A stretch of DNA of 36,630 nt, from the IMG/VR virus record IMGVR_UViG_3300010273_000005, positions 1-36,630 of that record. The stretch is one strand, 5' to 3'. The notes under the pieces were generated by a model. That model made no database searches and had not been told where the DNA came from. It was given only the letters and a program-made list of their open reading frames with translations. This DNA is from a virus (taxonomy: Duplodnaviria; Caudoviricetes). Positions 26,588-35,724 of this stretch are shown one piece after another (the first letter of the stretch is position 1; every line of letters begins with the position of its first letter). A program made the translations under genes and the position numbers.

Positions 26588-26719
26588 ATTAGATTAACTT
26601 ACCTTACCTCAGAAAGTAAAAAGAGCAGCTCTATTAAACAGCTGCTTGACAGTTTGCCAGATTGCTAGATGGCGACATTAAGGATTGAAATACAGAAAGA
26701 GAGGAAGAAAGAAAACAAA

Positions 26720-27628
26720 ATGTATCGAATTCCATGTCCTATTCCTTATCAAGGTAGCAAGAGAGGGCTAGCGTTTAAGATTCTTTCCTACGCTCCTCCT
26801 CATATTTCTGGTAGACTAATTGAGCCATTTGCTGGCTCTGCTGCAATTTCACTTGCTGCAGCAATGACAAATAAGGCATCGCAGTTCATTATTGCCGACT
26901 GCTTAAAACCATTAATGGAAATTTGGAAGTTAATTCTTGAAAACCCCGAACAACTTGCAGCAGAATATGAGCAACTTTGGTATTCACAATTAGATGACCC
27001 TAAAAATACATATTTTCGTATTAGAGATGAGTTTAATACAAGCCATCATCCCGTTAAACTACTTTATCTTATTGTCAGATGTGCAAAAAATGCGGTTCGC
27101 TTTAATTCTGAAGGCCAGTTTAACCAGTCTCCTGATAATAGACGGTTAGGTATGAGGCCCGAAAAAATGAGGCAAGAGATATTTAACGCACATCGCTTAT
27201 TATCAGGTCGAACCATTACATTGGCAGCTGATTACCGGGAAGTCTTGCGTTTAGCGGAACCCGATGATTTAGTATATATGGACCCTCCGTATCAAGGCGT
27301 AAGTAGCATTGGGAATCCACGGTATGCACAGCAATTGGATTTAGATGCGTTTATAAAAGAGCTACAATTACTTAACGAGAGAAACATTCAATATCTTGTT
27401 AGCTTCGATGGAGCCTGCGGTAGACGCACTTATGGTCAAGAACTACCAGGACATCTTAGGCTAAAAAGAATTCTGCTGCCTGCAGGTCGCTCGAGTCAAG
27501 CCACATTGCTTGGTAGAAAAGAACTTACCGTAGAATCTCTTTACTTGTCACCAGCCCTCGTAGAAAAAATTATTGTGGGAGACGAACACTCGCTTGAGCA
27601 ATTATCTATGTCCGATTTACAGCCCTAG
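26720..27628 (+). CDS. DNA adenine methyltransferase (Dam/D12, alpha class)
   Basis: PIPYQGSKR, EPFAGSAA motif I, YMDPPY motif IV. Confidence 0.92.
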   Translation: MYRIPCPIPYQGSKRGLAFKILSYAPPHISGRLIEPFAGSAAISLAAAMTNKASQFIIADCLKPLMEIWKLILENPEQLAAEYEQLWYSQLDDPKNTYFRIRDEFNTSHHPVKLLYLIVRCAKNAVRFNSEGQFNQSPDNRRLGMRPEKMRQEIFNAHRLLSGRTITLAADYREVLRLAEPDDLVYMDPPYQGVSSIGNPRYAQQLDLDAFIKELQLLNERNIQYLVSFDGACGRRTYGQELPGHLRLKRILLPAGRSSQATLLGRKELTVESLYLSPALVEKIIVGDEHSLEQLSMSDLQP

Positions 27629-28325
27629 CGAGTAAACCTTTGATTAAATCTGGAAGAGGTAATTTCTTTAGCTCCGACATTTTTTCTAATTTCTTATATA
27701 GCTCAACCTCTTCGTCTAACCACGTTATTACTACTTGGCGTATGGGTTTAAGTGCTATGTGTTCATAGTTTTGTGGCGAACTCCAGTAACACTTCTGACA
27801 AAGTTCTGGTTTCTTTATGTTTAGCCAGTTCTCACAGTGCTCGCAAGACCAGCTCTTTCTCCTATTACAGGAAGCACACAATGGCATAAATTCGCTCTCT
27901 AATGGCTGGTTGCTATCGCCTTGAATCTCATAAGGAGTACGATGGTCGATTTGTAGATACCTATCTTCATATTGAACTCCACAGATGGCGCATCTTGAGT
28001 GATAGTGGTCTATTACTTTTTTGCGAAATCTCTTTGACAATGCGCGTCGACCATCTTTTTTACCATCAATTCCTAAAGAGGTATCAAATGTATACGCACC
28101 AATGCGCTTACCGGACGAGGGTGACGTAACCCTTATTGTTTTTATCGGAATACCGGCTTCGCGTAAATCTCGAGCAGCACGAGGAGGATGTTCATAACCC
28201 ATTTCTCTAATTTCTTCAGTTGTTATCTGACCATTCATCTTAATGTGCTCAAAAACAAGCTTGGCACGCTTACTAAGCTTATCTTCATCAATTTGAGCCA
28301 GAAATTCATCAATACCTTTTAGCAC
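27606..28325 (-). CDS. HNH restriction endonuclease, SphI/NspI-like
   Basis: GYEHPPRAARDL, CAIC...LQIDHRTP...FMPLCASCNRRKSWSCEHC...CYWSSPQNYEH match my recollection of SphI-family enzymes; convergent with the methylase. Confidence 0.8.
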   Translation of the reverse strand: MLKGIDEFLAQIDEDKLSKRAKLVFEHIKMNGQITTEEIREMGYEHPPRAARDLREAGIPIKTIRVTSPSSGKRIGAYTFDTSLGIDGKKDGRRALSKRFRKKVIDHYHSRCAICGVQYEDRYLQIDHRTPYEIQGDSNQPLESEFMPLCASCNRRKSWSCEHCENWLNIKKPELCQKCYWSSPQNYEHIALKPIRQVVITWLDEEVELYKKLEKMSELKKLPLPDLIKGLLARAVNRT

Positions 28326-28444
28326 GCTAATCCCTTCCTATAAAGAAAAATAACTATTTAGTAGAAATTACCATAAAAATCCAAATAGCCCTCTTTTAAG
28401 TTGCTGGGGCATATTATATAATTATACCATAGGAGGTGATATTT

Positions 28445-28681
28445 GTGAATAACCTACTTACAGTTAAGGAAGCCGCTGAGATTCTCGGAATATCACCTAT
28501 TGCGGTTGCAAACCTCCTTCGAGACAAGAAACTGCCGGGTTTCAAACAGAAAACTCCGGTTGGTGACCAATGGTTTATAGAACGTGAAGATGTCGCCATT
28601 TACGGTGCGATACTCGCTATGCTCAATCTATTGCAAAAGAAGGCAAAAATGCAACCCGTGGAAGAAGGTGTCCCCTTGTGA
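28445..28681 (+). CDS. Excisionase-like HTH_17 protein
   Basis: LLTVKEAAEILGIS...KLPGFK...QWFIEREDV; coupled to the recombinase by a GTGA overlap. Confidence 0.82.
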   Translation: MNNLLTVKEAAEILGISPIAVANLLRDKKLPGFKQKTPVGDQWFIEREDVAIYGAILAMLNLLQKKAKMQPVEEGVPL

Positions 28682-30435
28682 CTAAGGCTGTAGGTTACAT
28701 TAGAGTAAGTACGGAAGAACAAACCCAGCATGGTTACTCTCTTGAAGCTCAGGCGCAAGCAATTAAAAAATACTGTGAGCTTCAGGGATGGGAGCTTGTG
28801 AGGATTTACCGAGATGACGGTTACAGCGGTGCTTCTATGGAGAGGCCTGAATTGCAGCAATTACTCGAAGACGTTTACTTTGGGAAGTTCGATGTCGTAG
28901 TTGTCTGGAAGCTAGATAGGTTGAGCCGCAACTTAAAAGATACCCTTTACCTCCTCGATGACGTCTTTGAGAAGAACGGGATAGGCTTCACCAGCATACA
29001 GGAACAATTTGATACTACTACCCCTATCGGTAAAGCGGTCATGCAAATCATCGCAGTGTTCGCTCAACTGGAAAGAGAAATGATTACCGAGAGGATGAAG
29101 ATGGGAAAGTATCAAAAAGCTCGATTAGGTCAGTTCCCGGGTGGTCACGTCCTCTACGGCTACAGGAAAAACCCATTGACCGGAGAGTTCGAGATTAATG
29201 AGGAAGAGGCAAGAATTGTCAGACTGATTTATCATTGGTACGTCTACGGTGACGAAACAGGAAAACCACTGGGGATGGAGGCTATTGCTGATAAGTTAAC
29301 ACAGATGGGTGTTCTTCCTCCTTCCGCTGTCCGTGGGGTTCGGGTAGGAGTAAGAGGAAAGAGAGGCCAAAAAGGTGAATACGTCAAACACTGGTCAAAC
29401 GCTACTGTCAGACAGATTCTTACTCATCAGGCATACATAGGTAAGAACTACTTTGGTAGGGATGGTAAGAATGCCGAACCAGACAAGATTGAAGATGACT
29501 GGATTGTTATTCCCTTCCCTCCTATTGTAGACGAGTACATCTATCAGTTAGCACAAGAAAGAAGAAACAGAGCAAAGTTCTGGCAGAGAAAACACGAGAC
29601 GCCATTGCTTACTGGCATTATTCACTGTGGCATATGCGGGTTACAGTTTAGAGGAACCTATGACCACGGAACAACGGCGGTTTACTCCTGCTACGGAAGA
29701 CTTAAACGCTACCACAGAGATGGAAGTCCTACATGCAATTCTCCAAGAATTCCTGCTGACTGGCTCGACCAACAGGTTGTGTTGAAGGTATTGGAGGCCT
29801 TGCAGCAGCCAGAACAGATGAAAGAAGCGATTATGGCTCACTTAGAAAGCTGGGAGCGAAGAAAACGGGAACTGGAGCTTCTAGTTGGGCCTTCTTTAAA
29901 GCAAATGAAGGAATTACAGGACGAGCAGGAGAGGTTGAACTACCTGTTCCGCAAAGGAAGAATATCGGTATCAGAATACGAGAAGGAAGCTTCAGCGCTG
30001 GATAAGAAGATAGCTGAACTCCGTGAACAACATAAACATCAAACGAGTGAACTCCGTCACCTTCAGAAGCTCGAAAAGGACTTAGACTTTATCAAGCAGG
30101 CTCTTGACAACGGCTACTGGAAAGTAGAGTACGAAGCACTGCAAAGTGAAATTAAAATGATGTGGGACGCCGCTTTAACTATTGACAATAAAACAGGAGA
30201 GGTAGTAGTTACCACTCCCAGACAGGAAAAGAAAGTTACTATTGATTTTAGCGAAGCTGGTAAGCAAGTTAAGGAACAGGAAGAATTATTGACTTTTGCA
30301 ATACACGGAGGTGGTAAGATAGCAATTCGTCAGCTATTTGACAAACTCCATATTACCGTTCACGTATACCATGACCGAGTGGAGGTGAGAGGGTTAATAC
30401 CAATAGGGAATATCAATATTAGTTCGTTTCAATAA
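28678..30435 (+). CDS. Second large serine recombinase
   Basis: YIRVST, KLDRLSR, recombinase domain, CGICG...C...C zinc ribbon, coiled coil. Confidence 0.95.
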   Translation: MTKAVGYIRVSTEEQTQHGYSLEAQAQAIKKYCELQGWELVRIYRDDGYSGASMERPELQQLLEDVYFGKFDVVVVWKLDRLSRNLKDTLYLLDDVFEKNGIGFTSIQEQFDTTTPIGKAVMQIIAVFAQLEREMITERMKMGKYQKARLGQFPGGHVLYGYRKNPLTGEFEINEEEARIVRLIYHWYVYGDETGKPLGMEAIADKLTQMGVLPPSAVRGVRVGVRGKRGQKGEYVKHWSNATVRQILTHQAYIGKNYFGRDGKNAEPDKIEDDWIVIPFPPIVDEYIYQLAQERRNRAKFWQRKHETPLLTGIIHCGICGLQFRGTYDHGTTAVYSCYGRLKRYHRDGSPTCNSPRIPADWLDQQVVLKVLEALQQPEQMKEAIMAHLESWERRKRELELLVGPSLKQMKELQDEQERLNYLFRKGRISVSEYEKEASALDKKIAELREQHKHQTSELRHLQKLEKDLDFIKQALDNGYWKVEYEALQSEIKMMWDAALTIDNKTGEVVVTTPRQEKKVTIDFSEAGKQVKEQEELLTFAIHGGGKIAIRQLFDKLHITVHVYHDRVEVRGLIPIGNINISSFQ

Positions 30436-30460
30436 AAGTTCAGCAAGCTGGAAATAGGTC

Positions 30461-30733
30461 CCCGTCGGCTGATGAATATAGAGCGCCTTCGCTGTTCAAA
30501 AACCAAGCGATCATACTCTTCTCGAGCCAGCTGAAGCGTTTCAAAGTTTGAAACTTCTTTCTTTTGCTGATCAGTAAGCGTAACTCTGCTCTGCTTTATC
30601 AAATATTTCTTCACTGTTTAGGGTTACTTCTCCGATGGAAGATATCATCGCTTCAACCGCCATTGCTTCTTCCGATTTACACCCACCTACTGCTACCAAA
30701 ACCAACGAAATAACCTTCCTTCCACGCTTTCAT
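30461..30733 (-). pseudogene. Frameshifted, 3'-truncated lipoprotein gene
   Basis: SD GGAGG and ATG 30733; across two frameshifts reads MKAWK/VISLVLVAVGGC-KSEEAMAVEAMISSIGEVTLNSEEIFDKAEQSYA/LTDQQKKEVSNFETLQLAREEYDRL (lipobox + helical module). Confidence 0.65.
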
Positions 30734-30894
30734 AGATAACCCTCCATTTGAATATCTATATTAATTATAACAAATTTGGCTGCAGTCACAATTTAATTCA
30801 TGCAATAGATAAGCTCACTTTTGAGTGATTTTATCGTTTACATTCAAGCAGCGCGCTTTGTCTCAACAGATCATCTTTACTGAAGCAAACAGCA

Positions 30895-30919
30895 TAAAAA
30901 AGCCCCGTAAATGCGGGAC
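30895..30919 (-). terminator. Intrinsic terminator
   Basis: Minus strand GTCCCG-CATTTA-CGGGGC-TTTTTT. Confidence 0.6.
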
Positions 30920-30955
30920 CTGTCTGTCGTTTCTACTCTGTTAAGCTCTGATAAA

Positions 30956-31366
30956 CTAAATCAAGTAATGTCTGACAAACCCATCTACTCTCTTGCAGTG
31001 CTCCTCACAATACCCCACCACCTTCCCTACCTTCCTCCACGGAAGTCCATCCACATACCTCGCCCGAATCACCGCGCGTTCTCTCGGCGGCAGGGCGTCA
31101 ACGGCGGCCTCAACGCTGCGGATCTTCTCCTCTAGTTCCACTATTCTTTGCTGGAGCTCCTCCTCCATCTCGGCCAGTTTGACCACACCGTTACCAACGG
31201 GGTCGCTGTGTGTTCCGGATCCCCGCGGCGCGTAGGAAAGCCGCACAGAAGCCGGGGATGACAGCAATCCCCGCAGCCTCTCAATCCGACCCTTGAGGCT
31301 GTTGATTTGCGAATGCAGGTCTCTTAAGTTTCTCAGGTCCTCAATGGTCAACGCCGGTTTCGGCAT
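30956..31366 (-). CDS. Late transcriptional activator (RinA/ArpU/sigma region 4-like)
   Basis: ALPPRERAVIRARYVDGLPWRKVGKVVGYCEEHCKR; last early gene; SD GGGAGG before ATG 31366. The final ~10 residues lie in AT-rich DNA and may be foreign. Confidence 0.82.
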   Translation of the reverse strand: MPKPALTIEDLRNLRDLHSQINSLKGRIERLRGLLSSPASVRLSYAPRGSGTHSDPVGNGVVKLAEMEEELQQRIVELEEKIRSVEAAVDALPPRERAVIRARYVDGLPWRKVGKVVGYCEEHCKRVDGFVRHYLI

Positions 31367-31389
31367 ACTCTCCCTCCCCATCTGTTGCG

Positions 31390-31797
31390 TCAAACCTCCT
31401 CAATCACCACCCTTACGCCGGGCATTTCGGCGTATCGAGCCGTCGCGTTCAGCTCCACAATCTGCTTGTCATCCAGATACGCCACGCCGTTGCAGCCGTC
31501 CAGTACCGCCTTGATCACGTTGTCCAAATCGGGCTTCGTGGCTGGTCGAATTTCGCCGGCAAGCATCGCCTGCTTGGTTCGTTTGGATTTCGAAGCTGGC
31601 ACCTGCTTGCCCACCTGGATGTGCATGGCAACAGGCCCGGCAAACGGGCCTTTGTTTCCGCAGGCATCTTTACAGGCGAGTGCAATCAGGCTTTCGTATG
31701 CCGCAGTCTCAGAAGGCGTATAGGCGTGTCCGTTACGAGAAAAGCGCGGACGTCCTTTTCCCCTGGGGTTGCCAGGTACGACGAACTCGATCATCAT
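31390..31797 (-). CDS. rusA: RusA Holliday junction resolvase
   Basis: PRGKGRPRF, KPDLDNVIKAVLDGCNGVAYLDDKQIV. Confidence 0.92.
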   Translation of the reverse strand: MMIEFVVPGNPRGKGRPRFSRNGHAYTPSETAAYESLIALACKDACGNKGPFAGPVAMHIQVGKQVPASKSKRTKQAMLAGEIRPATKPDLDNVIKAVLDGCNGVAYLDDKQIVELNATARYAEMPGVRVVIEEV

Positions 31798-32345
31798 GCG
31801 CCTTCTCCCAGAGTCAGAACACTGTCCATCTTCGCCGCCAGCTGCGCAAGGTTTTGCCGTACCTGTGCGGGAATGAGGGCGTCGGACTTCTCCCTCGCGA
31901 GCTGGGTTTCGTACGCCCTTCGGAACTGCCCGCGCACCACGTCGGGCTCTTCGGAAAGGCATAACTCACGCCAGCCGAAACGCTCAACGCATCTTGCCAC
32001 CGGTTCCGGCAACGACGCCAGCGCTTCCTGCGGACGGGTATAACCGTACTTGCGGATTGCCTGTACCACCATCCCCCAGGCTTCGTCCGGCCCGATGGAC
32101 AGCTCTGGGTTCACCGCTTTCAAGGCTTCCGCGCGAATCTCCGCGATGGACGGCGCCCAGACATGGCTGGCCGCATAGCTCTTGATTGCTTCCACCACCA
32201 GCTGCTTGGGAATGTCCTTGATAAGCTCATACCAGGCATCCCGCGTCAGGGCATCGGCGTTCTCGAAGTTGCGGGCGGACTGCGGAAACAGTGTGGACAG
32301 CAGCTTGAAAATGCCCACCACGTCAGCTTTGGTGATAGCGTCCAT
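31794..32345 (-). CDS. Replicative helicase loader/inhibitor (G39P-like N-domain)
   Basis: AWYELIKDIP...WAPSIAEIR...DEAWGMV; follows the initiator gene. Confidence 0.75.
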   Translation of the reverse strand: MDAITKADVVGIFKLLSTLFPQSARNFENADALTRDAWYELIKDIPKQLVVEAIKSYAASHVWAPSIAEIRAEALKAVNPELSIGPDEAWGMVVQAIRKYGYTRPQEALASLPEPVARCVERFGWRELCLSEEPDVVRGQFRRAYETQLAREKSDALIPAQVRQNLAQLAAKMDSVLTLGEGA

Positions 32346-33246
32346 GTTCCTCCTCCAGCGTTTGCGCCATCAGCGCGTCCAGATTGCTCATTGCGCGGCC
32401 TAAAGTGCTCTGCGGACGGGGCGCGGCTCTGGGTTGGGCCTGCACTCTGTTCGCCCATTCGCGCTGCGCGGCCTGGGCGGAAGGCAGGTCGTGAACGCCA
32501 ATCTCCTTCCAGCGCAGCAGGATCGTCTCCACGCCACGCCAGGAGCGTATGCCGGACAAAGCCGCCTGCTTGATGGCGAAGTCAATGACTTCCGCCGGCA
32601 TGTCGGAAAGCCACTGCTCGATGCTCTCCGCCTCGATGGCTGAAGGCATGCGGATGTTCTGGGTATAGGCGTCGATCAGGGCAGCATACCGACCGTCCCG
32701 AAGATCAGACGGGACGCTCTCGCGCACGTGCGCGCGCGTATTCGCCGCCGTTGCCGTAGTATATATATCTTTCTCTTTCTCTCTATCTTTCTCTAGGGGC
32801 GTTACAGTAACGCCGTTGTAACGCTCGTGTAACGCAGATGTAACGCTGGAAGCAGGGTCTTCTTCGGCGGGTTCGGCAGCGTTACATTGACGTTTCACCT
32901 GCCGGTGTTTCTTCACGCGTTCCGCGGTCTGGGCGCGCTTCTCGACGTAGTTCCCCGCGTAATCTGACCAGTCGTGGATGCACCATCCGTCGTCCGTTTC
33001 GTCAAGGAAGCCGGCAACTATAAGAGCGTCCATGAGCCTTTGCGCCTTCCCCTTGAAGCGCATCACCTCGGCGATGGTTTCGGCGTCCCGCTTCGCCAGT
33101 ATCCCGTCCTCTCTGTTATTCAGCGCCCAGGTCCAAAGGCGCAGCAGCTTGCCCGTCACGGAGTCCTTATCCAGCCTCAATGCATCCGCCAGCGCCAGCA
33201 CCTTCGGGTGATCGCAAAGGGTTTCGTCCACTTTCAGCCATGCCAT
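32323..33246 (-). CDS. Phage replication initiator with DnaD-like domain
   Basis: MAWLKVD...HPKV...IHDWSDYAG winged-helix N-domain; C-terminal SWRGVETILLRWKEIGV. Confidence 0.82.
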   Translation of the reverse strand: MAWLKVDETLCDHPKVLALADALRLDKDSVTGKLLRLWTWALNNREDGILAKRDAETIAEVMRFKGKAQRLMDALIVAGFLDETDDGWCIHDWSDYAGNYVEKRAQTAERVKKHRQVKRQCNAAEPAEEDPASSVTSALHERYNGVTVTPLEKDREKEKDIYTTATAANTRAHVRESVPSDLRDGRYAALIDAYTQNIRMPSAIEAESIEQWLSDMPAEVIDFAIKQAALSGIRSWRGVETILLRWKEIGVHDLPSAQAAQREWANRVQAQPRAAPRPQSTLGRAMSNLDALMAQTLEEEHGRYHQS

Positions 33247-33342
33247 TGTCTGTCCCTTCCCCCCTTTGGGGGCGGGCGGTGTCGCCGCCCCCGTGGTTTT
33301 GTTGCTAACGTCCTATGGTCAACGCCCGTTCGCGGAGCCACC

Positions 33343-34194
33343 TTATTGGATTGCGACCTGATTCTCCAGCACTTCACCGGTGACAGGGTCGACAGTTTCC
33401 GGCATATCCTGCTCGTCCTCGTTGATGGTGTACGCCACCTCGACGTAATCGTCCTGCACGTTGGCGCGGAGCGTACCCTCGTCCGCCACGATGCCGCGGG
33501 CAAAGTCGGACTTCAGCGGCGCGTACTTCAGCACCTTCTTCAGCACGGTCTTCTTCGCCATTTCGTCGAAGTTCGTCTGCCATGGGCCGTCCTCGTACGC
33601 CTTGCTGTACCGCTTGGCGTGCGTCCTTACATCTGCGGCAGACATGACTTCGAATGCATAACCGCCGTTCGCCAGCTTGATGACGGCGTACACATGGGTC
33701 ATGTCGCCCCGTTCGCCCTTGGCGGGGATGTGCCGAAGCTTCGCGTCCAGCCCCAGCTCATACTCGAAGGTGTCGTTCTCGTACACGCAGTGCGCCTGAA
33801 TGGTGGCGACTTCGCCGGAACGGTAGGCAAGGTCGATAAGCCCCTTGTACCCGATCTGGAACTGGCACTCGTAGACGCCTTTTTTGTTGTTCTTATACGG
33901 AATCAGGTACGCCTGCCCCAGAGGCGTGTTGGGTTCAAGGCCCAGCTGCGCCGCCTGCATCATGCCGCCGAGGAAGCTGTCCCGCGTGCATTGGGCGAGC
34001 TTCGGATTGCTGGAAAGGGCCGTGGTGACGATGCGGGTAAACCTCTCCGCCGTCATGACGGAAGGCAGCGCTTTCTCAATCTGGGGCAGCATGAGCTGCA
34101 CCCAGTCTCTAAGGGTTTCCGGCTGTTTGCGTTCCGCCGATGCCGCTTTCTTTGCGATGATGCCCGCCTGGTTGGGCTGTTTGAGCTGAGTCAT
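33343..34194 (-). CDS. recT: RecT single-strand annealing protein
   Basis: AAQLGLEPNTPLGQAYLIPY, FQIGYKGLIDLAYRSG, PWQTNFDEMAKKTV; start ATG 34194. Confidence 0.95.
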   Translation of the reverse strand: MTQLKQPNQAGIIAKKAASAERKQPETLRDWVQLMLPQIEKALPSVMTAERFTRIVTTALSSNPKLAQCTRDSFLGGMMQAAQLGLEPNTPLGQAYLIPYKNNKKGVYECQFQIGYKGLIDLAYRSGEVATIQAHCVYENDTFEYELGLDAKLRHIPAKGERGDMTHVYAVIKLANGGYAFEVMSAADVRTHAKRYSKAYEDGPWQTNFDEMAKKTVLKKVLKYAPLKSDFARGIVADEGTLRANVQDDYVEVAYTINEDEQDMPETVDPVTGEVLENQVAIQ

Positions 34195-35132
34195 ATCGCT
34201 TCCTCCTTGATGGTGAATCTGCGCTGTTTGACGATGGTTTTGACCTTCTCGTAAACGTCCGGAAACTCGCTTTTGAGCTTCTCCCTGTCGATGTCCGTCC
34301 TTAAAACTTGCGGCCACTTGATAATAAACCCCTGCGCGCGGCCAAAAGTGGCGCCGCCCATCTTCTGCTGGATACGCTGTTCGCAGAGGCGCTTGTCTTC
34401 TTCCAGCTTCTTGATTTCGGCCTTGATGGTGACGAGTTTCTTGACGAGCTCCTCCAGTCCGTAGAGGGGGGCGATGAGGTCAGGATCGACTTCCCCGCTC
34501 ATTTGCTTGAGGATCTCGCCGTCCGCTTCGCTGCCATTGGGGGCGGGCATGACCCCGGGGACGACGTGGTTTTCCCAGAAGGCTTTCTCCGCCTCGATCA
34601 GGGCGGCGATGTCCTCTTCGTTGCGGGGAACCTCGAACACGTGGAAGTCCCGGTTGAGAATCAGCACCGCCAGATACCACTTTTTGCAGCCGGTAACGGC
34701 CATATAATGCTGGCATTGGGCGTAGTGCTGGGGCGGGACGTCGCCGGCGTCGTAGTCCGTTTTCGTCAGCACGCTGGTGGTCTTGCACTCAAGGCCGGCG
34801 TCCTCCCCCACCACCAGCCGGTCCACGTTGGCGCACATGAAGGGGTAATCGGGATGCTGAAGAAGGTAATTGCACCTGCGCACCGCCTTGCCCGTTCGCT
34901 CCGTGAACCGTTGGGCGACGTACTCCTCAAAGTCCCGACCCTGACGCATGGCCTCGGTGTCTTCCCGTTCGGGGATGAGCCCTTTCTTTTCGCAGTAAAC
35001 GGTCAGCGGTGAAGCCCACGGGGAAAGCCCCAGAATGGCGCCTGCGTCGCTCCCGCCGATGCCCTGCCGGCGAAGCGCCAGCCATTCCTCTCTGGGCATA
35101 TCCCGTGTACAGGCCACTTTGACGGCGTTCAT
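34191..35132 (-). CDS. yqaJ: YqaJ-like viral recombinase exonuclease
   Basis: WLALRRQGIGGSDAGAILG, ANVDR...GLECKT, YAQCQHYM. Confidence 0.95.
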   Translation of the reverse strand: MNAVKVACTRDMPREEWLALRRQGIGGSDAGAILGLSPWASPLTVYCEKKGLIPEREDTEAMRQGRDFEEYVAQRFTERTGKAVRRCNYLLQHPDYPFMCANVDRLVVGEDAGLECKTTSVLTKTDYDAGDVPPQHYAQCQHYMAVTGCKKWYLAVLILNRDFHVFEVPRNEEDIAALIEAEKAFWENHVVPGVMPAPNGSEADGEILKQMSGEVDPDLIAPLYGLEELVKKLVTIKAEIKKLEEDKRLCEQRIQQKMGGATFGRAQGFIIKWPQVLRTDIDREKLKSEFPDVYEKVKTIVKQRRFTIKEEAI

Positions 35133-35494
35133 GCGTGTTTCGCCTCCTCTTTAAGGTATCTGAGAATCAGGTGCTGAAGGCCCTGCTGAATGGTCTCAAA
35201 GCCCTCTTCCCGGAATGCCTTCTGCAGGCGTTCATAGTGGGTGGTGGAAAGGCGGCACTGGATGCGTTTGGGCAGCCTGCGCCTGTCCGGCCTGCGGGGG
35301 CGGGGAGCGGTGTGGACAAAGGCTTCTTCCAGCAGGCGCTCCGCGTCGTTCACCAGCCGCACGCCGTACTCCTCCGGCCGTTCGACCTTGATGTGCAGGC
35401 GGATGTCGTATTTAGGGTACTGTTCGCGGATCACGTCCACCATCTGTTTGGCCGTGACGCCGCGCTCTTCACGAAAGTTCTTTACGTCAAGCAT
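35129..35494 (-). CDS. Hypothetical DNA-binding protein
   Basis: Likely start MLDVKNFRE after SD AAGGTGA; C-terminal RHH-like RIQCRLSTTHYERLQ. Confidence 0.65.
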   Translation of the reverse strand: MLDVKNFREERGVTAKQMVDVIREQYPKYDIRLHIKVERPEEYGVRLVNDAERLLEEAFVHTAPRPRRPDRRRLPKRIQCRLSTTHYERLQKAFREEGFETIQQGLQHLILRYLKEEAKHA

Positions 35495-35511
35495 TTGAAT
35501 CACCTTGGAAC

Positions 35512-35694
35512 TCACGCCGTCTTGTGGCGGATGCACTTTTCGCACCACTTCTGCTCATCCGGCGTCTCGTAGTAGTCATCGCCCTCAAAGATGGGCGCAC
35601 CGCAGCCGTCGCAGTAATCGACGGGCTCGGGCAGCGGCGCGTTCGGGCAGGAGCCAGGACATCTGAAATGCCCGCAAAAGCTGCACATTGACAT
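35512..35694 (-). CDS. Small Cys-rich (zinc-finger-like) phage protein
   Basis: CSFC...CPGSCPNA...CDGC...CEKC; SD AAGGAGG. Confidence 0.75.
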   Translation of the reverse strand: MSMCSFCGHFRCPGSCPNAPLPEPVDYCDGCGAPIFEGDDYYETPDEQKWCEKCIRHKTA

Positions 35695-35724
35695 TGCCCT
35701 CCTTTGTTGCTATCTTATAAGTGG

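Larger units (their letters stand above)
24489..30460. mobile_element. Nested serine-recombinase element carrying an R-M pair
   Basis: HTH + large serine recombinase at one end, AT-rich cargo, truncated genes on both flanks, GACCTGTTT / AAATAGGTC inverted ends. Confidence 0.6.

Noticed and set aside
26581-26610. AGATT x3 and CTTAC x2 micro-repeats
   Set aside because: Short low-complexity repeats at a stop codon with no evident function.
24489-30460. skin-like element whose excision restores a gene
   Set aside because: The flanks belong to different genes (ATP-binding protein C-half and lipoprotein N-half), so excision would not rebuild one ORF.
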